A stretch of 63,041 nt of DNA, the filler included, from Chiloscyllium plagiosum (lineage: Eukaryota), in assembly GCF_004010195.1 (NCBI RefSeq). It is 5 parts of 2 records of this genome, joined end to end, with 100 filler letters (N's around TTAATTAATTAA, not from the genome) between each part and the next. Parts side by side here need not be neighbours in the genome. Positions count along the whole stretch, not along the records: positions 50,102 to 61,552 come from NC_057713.1; 4 more parts are not named here. The stretch is one strand, 5' to 3'. The position numbers and the translations under genes were made by a program. The notes under the pieces were generated by a model, which was not told where the DNA came from, did not search any database, and saw only the letters and a list, made by a program, of their open reading frames with translations. Below are positions 50,102 to 61,652 of the stretch, one piece after another (position 1 is the stretch's first letter; each line of letters opens with the position of its first letter).

Positions 50102-52740
50102 ACTTTATCAAAGGCTTTCTGAAAGTCCAGGTACACTACATCCACTAGATCTCCCTTGTCCATCTTCAGAGTTACATCCTCAAAAAATTCCAGAAGGTTA
50201 GTCAAGCATGATTTCTCCTTCATAAATCCACACCAACTCTGACCTATCCTGTTACTGCTATCCAGATGTGTCGTAATTTCGCCCTTTATAATTGACTCCA
50301 ACATTTTTCCCACCACTGAGGTCAGACTAACTGGTCTATAATTCTGTTTTCTCTCTCCATCCTTTCTTAAAAAGTGGGACAACATTAGCCACCCTCCAAT
50401 CTGCAGGAACTGATCCTGAATCTATAGAACATTGGAAAATGATCACCAATGCATCCACGATTTCTATAGCCACCTCCTTTAATACCCTGGGATGCAGACC
50501 ATCAGGTCATGGGGACTTATCAGCCTTCAGACCTAACAGTCTCTCCAACATCATTTCCTGCCTAATATAAATTCCCTTCAGTTCAGGTCCTTCAGCCACT
50601 ATTACATGAGGGAGATTGCTCGTGTCTTCCCCACTATCAACTGCTCTACCAACCTTGGTGTCATTTGCAAATTTGCTCAACATTCCCTTTACATTTTTAT
50701 GTAGAGTTAGTAAGTTTGCAGATGACACCAAAATTGGAGGTGACGTGGACAGCGAAGAGGGTTACCTCAGGTTACAACAGGATCTTGACCAGATGGGCCA
50801 ATGGGCTGAGAAGTGGCAGATGGAGTTTAATTCAGATAAATGCGAGGTGCTGCATTTTGGGAAAGCAAATCTTAGCAGGACTTATACACTTAATGGTAAG
50901 GTCCTAGGGAATGTTGCTGAACAAAGAGACTTTGGAGTGCAGGTTCATAGCTCCTTGAAAGTGGAGTCGCAGGTAGATAGGATAGTGAAGAAGGCATTTG
51001 GTATGCTTTCCTTTATTGGTCAGAGTATTGAGTACAGGAGTTGGGAGGTCATGTTGCAGCTGCACAGTTCAGAACTAGAGGGCATAGGTTTAGTGTGAGA
51101 GGGGAAAGATATAAAAGAGACCTAAGGGGCAACTTTTTCATGCAGAGGGTGGTATGTGTATGGAATGAGCTGCCACAGGAAGTGGTGAAGGCCGGTACAA
51201 TTGCAACTTTTAAAAGGCATCTGGATGGGTATATGAATAGGAAGGGTTTAGAGAGATATGGGCCAGGTGCTGGCAGGTGGGACTAGACTTAGTTGGAATA
51301 TCTGGTCGGCATGGAAGAGTTGGACCAAGGAGTCTGTTTCCGTGCTGTGCATCACTATGATTCTATTTATGTATATAATAAATAATAAGAGTCCCAATAC
51401 AGATCTGTGTAGTACACCGCTGAACACTGGCCCCCAGTCACTCTTCTACCACTACTCTTTGTGTCCTCTTACTAAGCCAGTTTCTGATCCATCTTGCCAC
51501 AATTCCCATGTGGGACCTTGTCAAAAACATCACTAAAATCCATATAAAATACATCAGCTGAACCTTCCCTCGTCCATTCATTTGATCACATTTGCAAAAC
51601 GTTCAAACAAATTTGTTAGCATGACCTCTCTCTGACAAAGCCATGCTCACTACCCCTAACTAACCTCTGCCTTTCCAAGTCGATATTAGTTCACTTCTTC
51701 AGAGTTTTCTCCATTACTTTCCCTATCACGGAATTGAGATTCACTGGTCTGTAATTTCCTTGTTTATCTCTACCACCCCTCTTAAAAAGTGGAAACACAT
51801 TAGCTATCCTCCAGTCCTTTTACACAAAGGACTGTGTCAGTATCCCTGCAATTCCCTGCCTTACCTCCCGCAGCAGCCTGGGATGTAATTCATCCAGGCC
51901 AGGGGAACTGGCCATTTTTAAGCTCAACAGGGCCTTCTATACATCCCCATTTCCCATGTCAAACTGGGCCAGTTCCTCGCAGTCTCTGTTCCTGAATTCT
52001 GAACCTACGTTCACTTCCTTTTGCGTGAAGATCGAAGAGAAGTATTTATTTAACATCCTTCCAATATCCTGCGGCTTCACACATAGGCTGCCTCCTTGGT
52101 CCCTAATGGGCCCTACTCTTTCCCTGCTTAACTGCTTCCCTTTAATGTAATTTATAAAATATTTATAAAATATGTTAGAATTCTCCCTAATCCTGTTCAC
52201 AATGTCCTTTTGCAATGCCCCCTTTTTGCTCTTCTAATTGCTTTCTCAAGGTCCCTCCTACATTTCTTGTATTCCTCAAGGGCCACAGCTGAATTGTTCC
52301 ATCTGGACTTGCTAAAATTTCTTCTCTTCTTCCTCATCCAGTCCTGAATTGTCCTGGATATCCAAGATTCTCTGAACGTATTGCTGCTACATTTCCCCCA
52401 AAAGGAAACATGTTGGACCTGCGCTCTCCCCAGCTCATTTTTGAATGCATCCCACCACCACCCCCTCCTCAAGCAAGACACAGCCTTTCAAAAATATTAT
52501 CTCTCCTTATTGCAGTAATTAGCCCCTTACTTAATAGTGCTACACCACCCTTTTTACACCCTAAAGATCTATATCCCAAATGTTGAGTTGCCAGTCCAGC
52601 CCTTCACTCAGCCACGTTGGCAACAATATCATACTTCTGTGTGTCAATCCACACCATTAACCCATCAATCTTACCTATTGCATTCCTAGTATTAAAGACC
52701 GTCCAGCCTTGCTTTACTTTCCTGACACTGACCATGGCTG
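50102..52740 (-). mobile_element. Minus-strand CR1 ORF2 fragments (composite)
   Basis: NYRPVSLTSVVGKMLE...YLDFQKAFDK; SKFANDTK; RERVGPIRDQ. Confidence 0.85.
50706..51365 (+). mobile_element. Nested younger CR1 3' fragment with internal deletion
   Basis: [12 protein letters not shown]...KCEVLHFG; WNELPQEVV; TTTATGTA at 50696-50703 and 51366-51373. Confidence 0.9.
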
Positions 52741-52910
52741 AACTCAGTGTTTAAATGAGTCATTTGGCCAGTTATATCAGTATGGAATGCACTACTTGGA
52801 AATGTGGAGGAGCCAGGTTCAATTAAGGCATTCAAGAGGATGTTGGATGATTAGTTGTTCAAGGGTTTGGGGAGAAAGCAAGAGATTGGCACAAATTGAC
52901 TGATGTAGGT

Positions 52911-53032
52911 AAAAACAAGGACTGCAGATGCTGGAAACCAGGGTCTAGATTAGAGTGGTGCTGGAAAAGCACAGCAAGTCAGGCAGCATCCGAAGAGCAG
53001 GGAAATCGACATTTCAGGCAAAAGCCCTTCAT
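52911..53032 (-). mobile_element. Solo partial PLE pLTR
   Basis: GGACTGCAGATGCTGGAAACC...GTGCTGGAAAAGCACAGC...CGACATTTCAGGCAAAAGCCCTTCA. Confidence 0.85.
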
Positions 53033-53313
53033 AACAATGCTCATATAATCAGCCGGTGCAGTCTTCTTTAATTCTGTAGCAAAGGATGTGGCACAGGGAT
53101 CAGTGTTGCGACATCAACAGTTTCTAATTTATATAAACTACTTTGATGAAGGGTCAAATTTCATGATGTCACAGGATGGCTCAGCAAGTAAGTTGCAAAG
53201 AGAACACATGAATTCTTAAAAAAAGTTAAGTGAGTGGGCAAAAAATATAGCAAATGAATTTTAATGTGGGAAAATATAAAATTTCCATTTTGTCAGGAGG
53301 AATGAAAAAGAAG

Positions 53314-53718
53314 TTGAAACTTTATTGCTGGAACAGCACAGCAGGTCAGGCAGCATCCAGGGAACAGGAGGTTCGACGTTTCGGGCACAGGCCCTTCTTC
53401 AGGAATGAGCAGAGAGTGTTCAGCAGGAGAAGATAAAAGGTAGGGAGGAGGGACTTGGAGGAGGGGCGTTGGAAATGTCGACCTATCACCCTCACCTTGA
53501 CCTCTTTCCACCTATCACATTTCCAACGCCCCTCCTCCAAGTCCCTCCTCCCTACCTTTTATCTTCTCCTGCTGAACACTCTCTGCTCATTCCTGAAGAA
53601 GGGCCTGTGCCCGAAACGTTGAACCTCCTGTTCCCTGGATGCTGCCTGACCTGCTGTGCTGTTCCAGCAATAAAGTTTCAACTTTGATCTCCAGCATCTG
53701 CAGACCTCACTTTCTCCC
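53314..53718 (+). mobile_element. Young fold-back PLE pLTR insertion
   Basis: ~165-bp arms (53311-53477 and ~53517-53684) with one mismatch seen; 34-nt tail; 15-bp duplication GGAATGAAAAAGAAG at 53299-53313 and 53719-53733. Confidence 0.95.
53372..53405 (-). ncRNA. Minimal type-I hammerhead ribozyme variant in PLE pLTR
   Basis: UUC-CUGAAGA-A-GGGC(CUGU)GCCC-GAA-ACGU-C-GAA: core, stem II, palindromic ACGU, GUC site, 3-bp stem I. Confidence 0.6.
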
Positions 53719-55375
53719 GGAATGAAAAAGAAGCCTATTATCCAAATAATGAGAGTGTGCAGTTCTCTGATATGCAGAGAGATCTGGGTGTCCGACAGCA
53801 TGAATCACAGAAATTTAGTGTGCATGTATGGCAAGTAATTAGGAAGGCTAACAGAATGTTATCATTTATCATGAGGGGAATTAAATATAAAAATAAGGGA
53901 GGTCATGATTCAGTTATAACAGATCACTGGAGTAATGTGCATACCTTTGGTCTCCCTTATTTCATTAGAAGCAGTTCAAAGAAGGTTTACTAGACTGATG
54001 CCTGGAATGGGTTGATCAGGAAAAGCTTCTATTCTCTGGAATTTAGAAGAACACGAGGCTTCTTGATTGAAAGATATAAAATCCTGAAGGGTCTTGACAA
54101 AGGTCGCTTCCTCTTATGGGAAAGCCTAGAACTGGGGTCAATATTTAAAAATCAGAGGGTGCTCATTTAAAACACAGAGTGGTGACATGTTTCTCTCTCT
54201 CAGGATTGAGTGTCTTTGGAGCTCCCTTTCTGAAAGGTGCTGGAAGCAGAGTTTTTGAATATTTTTATAGCAGAAGGAGGTGGACAGTTATCAGGATTTG
54301 TGGTTGCAATTAGACCAGCTAAGATCTAATTGAATGGCAGAGCAGGCTCGAGGGGCTGAATGGCCAAGTAAATCTCTTGATTTGTATGTTGGAAGCTCAA
54401 GTGGAGCATAAACAGCAGCATGGACTGGTTGGGCCAAATGCTCGGTTTCTGTGCTACATATCTATGTAATCCAATGTAATAATTTGAGACTCTGATCCAT
54501 ATATTCTGTAAGCAGCTCAGCCCAGCTGCTTTAAAACCAGTTTGCCTTGTATCAGCATATTCATGAGTGAATATGTTATTACAGATGAACACTTGATGGA
54601 CACAGACGAGACAGAAGAGATGGAGGAACGCAACTGAAGTAATAGAAAAACACTGTACGCGAAATCCAACTGACGTCAATTCAGACAACTGTGTCTTGCC
54701 CAGTGTTCCCTTAAACTCATGCCCAAATTAGGCAAGCAGCTCCTGTTCAATTCAGTTGTGTGCAGTACCGTGAGCCAGTCCTTGGTTCAGTTCAAACATT
54801 TGACCAAATCAACAGTAAAAACATATTATTACTATCCAAAGCAGCTATCTTCAAACATCACATTCGGAAAACTACTAGAATATTCTCTTTCTGATCACAT
54901 TGCCACTTCTTCCTTTTTAAATGTCCTCATAAACTCAATCTCTCCATTCCCTCCTTTCAATTACCCTCATACCCTATTTATGAATACCCTCAGAAGTAAA
55001 CTTTCCATCCTACGACCAGTTCTCTGTGCTCCAAAATGGCTTCCCTTCACTATTGGTCCAGCAGATTCGAGGCATTCTCTTCACTCACCACCAGATTTTC
55101 TTTTATTTATTCAGAGCGTGTGCATTCTTGGAAACGCTAACAATTGTTCCACCCCTAACCACCCTCATTAGTGGGCTTGCTTAGCCACTTCAGAAGGTAA
55201 ACCCATTTTGTGGTACTGAAGTCATAGTAGGTCCTACTGTAAGGATGGAAAATTTTGTTTCCTACAGACACAGTGAAGTAGATAGGGATTCACCAACAGT
55301 CCAGTACTCTCATGGTCACCATTATGAGGACTAAGTTTTTCTTCATTAGGTACCCTCACACGGCTTGACCCCATC

Positions 55376-57281
55376 TCCAAGACCATACACAACCTCATCA
55401 CCTCAGGAGATCTCCCACCCACAGCTTCCAATCTCATAGTCCGGGAACCCCGCACTGCCCGATTCTACCTCCTTCCCAAGATCCACAAGCCTGACCACCC
55501 TGGCCAACCCATTGTCTCAGCCTGCTCCTGCCCCACTGAACTCATCTCCACCTGCCTCAATACTGTCCTATCCCCCCCCCGCCAGTCCATGAACTCCCCA
55601 CATACATTTGAGATACCATCCACGTCCTCCACCTCCTCCAAGACTTCCCGGTTTCCCCGGCCCCCACGTCTCATCTTCACCATAGACATCCAATCCCTCT
55701 TACACCTCCATTTGCCATGACCAGGGCCTCCAAGCCCTCCGTTTCTTCCTCTCCCGACGTCCCCACCAGCACCCTTCCACTGACACTCTCATTCGTTTGG
55801 CTAAACTCGTCCTCACCCTTAACAATTTCTCCTTCGAATCCTCCCACTTCCTCCACACCAAAGGGGTAGTCGTGGGCGCCCGTATGGGCCCCAGCTATGC
55901 CTGTCTCTTTGTCGGCTACATAGAATAGTCCATCTTCCGTAGTTACATCAGCACCACTCCCCACCTCTTCCTCTACTACATTAATTACTGCATCGGAGCC
56001 ATCTCATGCTCCCAGGAGGAGGTTGAGCAGATCATTAACTTCACCAACACATTCCACCCTGACCTTAAATTCACCTGGACCATCTCTGACAACTCCCTCC
56101 CCTTCCTGGACCTGTCCACCTCCATCAATGACAACGGACTTGACACTGACATTTTTTACAAACCCACCGACTCCCACAGCCACCTGGATTACACCACCTC
56201 CCACCCTACCTCCTGCAAAAATGCTATCCCGTATTCCCAATTCCTCCGCCTCTGCCATAACTGCTCAAGGAGGGACCAGTTCCACCACAGAACACACCAG
56301 ATGGCCTCCTCCTTTAGAGACCGCAATTTCCCTTCCCACGTGGTTGAAGATGCCCTCCAATGCATCTCTTCCACATCCCGCCCCTCCGCCCTCAAACCCC
56401 ACCCCTCCAACCATAACAAGGAAAGAACCCCCCCTGGTGCTCACCTTCCACCCTACCAACCTTCGCATAAACTGTATCATCCGCCGACATTTCCATCACC
56501 TCCAAACGGACCCCACCACCAGGGATATATATTTCCCTCCCCATCCCTTTCCACTTTCCGCAAAGACTGTTCCCTCCGTGACTACCTGGTCAGGTCCACG
56601 CCCCCCCAACAATCCACCCTCCCGTCCTAGCACCTTCCCCTGCCACCGCAGGAATTGCAAAACCTGCACCCATACCTCCCCCCTCACCTCCATCCAAGGA
56701 GGTGAGGGGGGAGGCTCCCCAAAGGAGCCTTCCACATCCATCAAAGTTTTGCCTGCACATCCACCAATGTCATTTACTGTATCTGTTGATCCTGATGCGC
56801 TCTCCTCTACATTGGGGAGACTGAATGCCTTCTCGCATAGCACTTCAGGGAACATCTCTGGGACACCCGCACCAATCAGCCCCACCGTCCTGTGGCCCAA
56901 CATTTTAACTCCCCTTCCCACTCTGCCGAGGACATGCAGGTCCTGGGCCTCCTCCATTGCCGCTCCCTCACCACCCGACGCCGGGGGAAAAAGGCCTCAT
57001 CTTCCGCCTCGGAACATTTCAACCCCAGGGCATCAATGTGGACTTCACCAGTTTCCTCATTTCCCCTCACCCCACCTTACCCCAGTTCCAACCTTCCAGC
57101 TCAGCAACATGTTCATGGACTCCATCCACCTACTGTACTCTTGGCTACCTTCTCCCCAGACCCACCTCCCTCCCATTTATCTCTCCACCCTCGAGGTTCC
57201 CAGCCTCATTCCTGATGAAGGGCTTTTGCTCGAAACATCAATTCTCCTCTGCTGTCCTTTTCCAGCACTACTTTAATCTAG
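55376..57281 (+). mobile_element. Neptune-like PLE, ~1.9 kb, RT, Cys linker, GIY-YIG and pLTR, frameshifted
   Basis: FYLLPKIHKP, RMGPSYACLFVGY, LPFLD, IPYSQFLRL, PCHRRNCKTC, LLYIGET; CCTGATGAAGGGCTTTTGCTCGAAAC at 57211. Confidence 0.93.
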
Positions 57282-57329
57282 ACTACATGTCTCAAGATCC
57301 ATAGCAACGTGGTTGACTCTTAATTGCCA

Positions 57330-57441
57330 TATGCCCGAAACGTCTAATCTCCTGTTCCCTGGATGCTGCCTGACCTGCTGCGCTTTTCCAGCAACACATT
57401 TTCAGCTCTGATCTCCAGCATCTGCAGACCTCACTTTCTCC
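57330..57441 (+). mobile_element. Short PLE pLTR 3' end
   Basis: ATGCCCGAAACGTC...CTCCAGCATCTGCAGACCTCACTTTCTCC, same subfamily as 38301-38507. Confidence 0.85.
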
Positions 57442-57569
57442 TCATCTGAAATTACCTAACAACTCAGTTATATCAAATCATTAAAAAGTAAATAGATGCA
57501 GCACCAGGCATTGAATAAAGCACTGAAAATGATAATGACTCACACACAGCCTTATTGACACTGCAAAGA

Positions 57570-59028
57570 TCCTTAGATTTACCTTCCAAAGCATGACCAT
57601 TTCCATCTCGAAGGACAAGGGCAGCACAGACATGAGAACATCATCGCACGTTTCCCTTCAAGACACTTAACATCCTGACCTGCAAATGCATAGTCATTCC
57701 TTCACTGTTACTCGGTAAAATCCTGGGATGTGGGCAGTATAGGTCTGTCTACAGCTGTACAAGGCAGCAACACACCACCTTCTCAAGGATAACTAAGAGG
57801 AGGAAATCAATGCTGGCCAGCCAGGAACTCCCACATTCTATGTGGGAATTTAAAAAAAGCCCTCCTTGCTGACAGGAGAGCTGTTCTACATACAATTCAT
57901 GCAACTGCATAATGCAGTCATACTCACTGAATCATATCTTAAATAATGCCCGAGACATCATCAAAAAAACCTTGGGTATATCCTACCTTAGCAACAGGAC
58001 AGACCCAGGAGAGGTGGTGGTATGGTGATCTTCGATCAGGAGGGATTTGTCCGGAGTTCTCAATTTTGACTCTGGACCCATGAAGTCTTTTGGCATCAGT
58101 TCAAAGGAGAGAAGAAAAACACCTACTGATTACCATCTATCTCAACTGATGAATCAGTTCTCACCAAATTGAACACCATTTAGAGGACATAAAAAGTTGC
58201 AAGGGTGGAGAATGTATTCTGGGTTCAGGATCTCAATATCCACCATCAAGACTGGCTTAGACTATTGGCTAAGCTGGTCAAGTCCTAAAGGACATAGCTG
58301 CAAATCTAGGTTGGTAGCAGACTGTGAGAAAACCAACAAGAGGGAATCACATAGCTTAAATTGAGGATACCCTCCATCAAGCTGTGTGGAACCAGCACCA
58401 TGCTGAAAAGGTTAGTTTAGGAACTGATCCAGCAACTCAAAACTGGGCAAGTTCTGGACTATCAGCAGAACCGTAATCAATCACGACCTGTAATCTCATG
58501 ACTCAGTATACCATACACTCATAACTGTTACAATCACCCAGGAAATAATCGTGGTTTAACAAAAAATGCTAGCCAGCATGACAGAAACAGCACCAGGCAC
58601 ACCCAAAAATTAGGTGTCAACCAAGAGAAACTGCAAAACATCATTAATTGCATCCCAAACAGTGGAAGCAGCATGCAACAGTAAAATCGAAACACAATCA
58701 GTGGATGCGATCTAGCTTCTGCAGTTGTGCCACATTCAGTTACCATGGTGTTGGGTAATTAAATACTTCACTGGAGGAGGCTGCACCATGAATATCCCAT
58801 TCTCAACAATGGGGAACCAAACACATCAGTACAAAAAAAACAAGGCTGAAGTATAGTCAAGCATCCTCAGTCAGAAATATTGACTGGATGATCCAGCTCC
58901 GCATTCTCCTGCAGACTCCAGCGTCACACAGGTCAGCCTTCAGCCAGTTCCATTCACTCCAACTGATATCGAGTAACACCTACTGGATACTGCAAAGGCT
59001 ATGGGCTTGGAATATATTCCAGGAATAG
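57570..59028 (+). mobile_element. Very old CR1/L2-group LINE remnants (3' end piece followed by an endonuclease-region piece)
   Basis: RPRRGGGMVI, LLITIY, DLNIHHQDWL and LDTAKAMG-like remnants; AATGCTGGCC...CCCACAT...AAAAAAA 3' end near 57810-57858. Confidence 0.55.
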
Positions 59029-59269
59029 TGTTACAATAACTTTATATTTGATCATGGTTCACAAGTTAAGGATGCCAAGATTTCTTTTTAGAAAAAGGGC
59101 AAAGGACAGTGAACAGTATTGTAAACAAGAAATTCCTAAAAGTCACATGTTTTGTGATAACTACCTATTTACTGTAGAGCTCCTGCCTGGGTTTATGGCT
59201 AAATCCTAGTTGCTAGACCTCCTCTATCAATATCAAGTATAACCATAAGGAAGTCTTATGTCACAAACT

Positions 59270-61130
59270 GAGTCATACAGCATAGAAACAGGCCCTTTAG
59301 CCCATCAAGTCAATGCCAACCAACAAACACCAGACTACACTAATTCCAATTACCTGTACTTGGTCAATAGCCATCTACGCTCTGGTATTTTAAGTGCTCA
59401 TCCAGACGTTTCTTAAATTCAGTGTATCTACCACCCTCTGTGTGAAAAATGTTTTTCTCAGACTTTCTCTAAACCATTTGCTCCTCACCTTAAACCAATA
59501 CCCTCTAGGTCTTAGACACATCATGCGGAAATGATTCTCACGATCTACACTGTCAATGCCTCTCATAATTTTGTGTACCTCAATCAGATCCTTCCTCAGC
59601 CTCCTGTGCTCTAAGAAAAAACAGTCTCTATCCTCTTATAACGGAGACTTTCCATCTCAGGCAATATCCTTGTGAGTCTCCTCTACACCCTCTCCAATGA
59701 AATCCTCCCAATAATATGTTGAGCAGAACTGCACATAATATTCCACCTGTGGCCTAACCAATGTTTTATCAAGTAAGACTTTCTCACTCCTATATGAACC
59801 AACAATGAAGGCAAGCATGCCCTATGCCTTCTTCATCACCCTGTCAACCTGTGCTGACACCTTCAGGAATCTATGGACATGTAACCAAGGTGCCTTTGTT
59901 CCTCAGTACTCCTTACCATTCACTATGTAAATCGCTCCCTTATTAGATCTCCCAAAATGCATCACCTCGCACCCATCAGAATTAAATTCCATTTGCCATT
60001 GCTCTGTCCAAATTACCAACTGATCAATCACAGACTGTAGCCTGAGACCATGCTCTGCACTAACATCACCTCCAATGTTTGTGTCACCTGCAAACTTATT
60101 AATTATACCTTCTACATCACATCCAATTGATTATTATATATAACAAACAACAAAGTTCCCAGTGGTGATTGCTGTCACAGGTTTCTAATCACAGAAGCAT
60201 CGTTCCACCCTTGCCTCGTATATGGAAGCCAATTTCAGATCCAGTTTGCCAACTTGCCTTGACAACATCAGCTTGTTTGGACAAGCCTTCCATGTGGGAC
60301 CTTGTCAGAGGCCTTACTGAAGTCCATGCAAGTCATATCACTGCACTAACCTCATCAATATATTTAGTCACCTTTTCAAAAAACTCCATTAAACAGACAG
60401 GATCTCCTTCTAACATATCCATGCTAACTAGTGTTGATTAATCCTGTTCCAATAATTTTCTGACCAGACATCAAACTAACTGTCAGATGGGCTAGTCAGA
60501 TTACCTAGACTATCCTTGCTGCCCTTCTTGAACAAACGCACCACACTAGCTATCCTCCCGTCATCTGGCAATCAAAGTATTAAATATCTCTGTCAGGACC
60601 CTAGCAATCTCCCTCCTTGCCTGCCGTAGCAGCCTAGAATACATCTCATCAGGTCCTGGGGAGTTATGCATCTTTATGCCCCATTAAAACATCTAATCCC
60701 TCTCACTTACTAATCTTAACATGTTCCTAAGAACCTCATCATTCCAAATGAAGTCCCCAGCTATAATTTCTTTCTCCTTTGTGTATACAGATGAGAAGTA
60801 TTCAGTGAAGACCTCACCTATGTCCATTATCTCCATGCACAGTTTTTCCCTATAGTCTCTATCTATAAAAAGCCTCAAGGGTTTCCCTGATCCGATCTGC
60901 CAAGAATATTCTGTGGCCTTCCTTTGCCCTCCTAATGTTTTTTTAACATCCTCCTATACTCTCTATACTTTTGAAAGGATTCCTGTTTTAATGTGTTGTA
61001 CCTGACATGTTTTCTTCTTTTCCTTCATCAAACTCTCGACATTGAGGGTTCCTTAGACTTCCCTTCACTCTTGGAGGAAGATGCCGGCCCTGTATTCTCA
61101 CGATACTACTTTTGAAAGACTCCCACTTTC
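59270..61130 (-). mobile_element. Decayed CR1 ORF2 to 3' end
   Basis: Reverse-strand DFSKASDKVPH, KFAGDTN, CEVMHFG, EYYVQFC remnants. Confidence 0.8.
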
Positions 61131-61257
61131 TAAACAAAAGTAGAAATTGCTGGAAAATGTCAGCAGGTTTGGCAGCATCGATGGAGAGAAAGCAGAATTA
61201 AGATTTCGGACCAGTAGACATTCTTCAGAACTAGCTTAGAAAAGTGCTCGTTTTATC

Positions 61258-61552
61258 TGATTCACCTCCAACACACTGCATCCAACTGGACACCCCGCGC
61301 TGGCCTATTACCTGCCCTCGACCTGTTCATTTCCAACTGCCGCGGGGACATTAACCGCCTCAACCTGTCTACCCCCCTCCCCCACTCCAACCTCTCACCC
61401 TCACAACGCACAGCCCTCCAATCCCAACCTCATCCTCAAGCCAGCGGATAAAGGGGGCGCAGTGGTAGTCTGGCGCACTGACCACTACACCGCTGAAGCC
61501 AAACGCCAACTCGAGGACACCTCTTCCTACTGCCCCCTCGACCATGACCCCA
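61258..61552 (+). mobile_element. Neptune-like PLE N-terminal RT fragment
   Basis: LPALDLFISNCR...NLSPSQRTAL...LKPADKGGAVVVWR (PLE DKG motif). Confidence 0.88.
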
Positions 61553-61652
61553 NNNNNNNNNNNNNNNNNNNNNNNNNNNNNNNNNNNNNNNNNNNNTTAA
61601 TTAATTAANNNNNNNNNNNNNNNNNNNNNNNNNNNNNNNNNNNNNNNNNNNN
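61553..61652. other. Assembly gap with six-frame stop linker
   Basis: N44-TTAATTAATTAA-N44. Confidence 0.98.

Larger units (their letters stand above)
53085..54390 (+). mobile_element. Old CR1 RT to 3' end, host of a fold-back PLE
   Basis: AQGSVLRHQQFLIYIN, MNFNVGK, QRDLGV...IRKANRML remnants. Confidence 0.7.

Noticed and set aside
54585..54637. Acidic mini-frame DEHLMDTDETEEMEERN after TTACAG
   Set aside because: Does not resemble the ASB10 C-terminus; too short to support.
56023..57276. 417-aa Pro/Ser/Thr-rich ORF
   Set aside because: Mostly an alternative frame of a C-rich decayed Penelope element.
59029..59265. Possible solo LTR (TGTTACA...TGTCACA)
   Set aside because: No matching target duplication or second copy seen.
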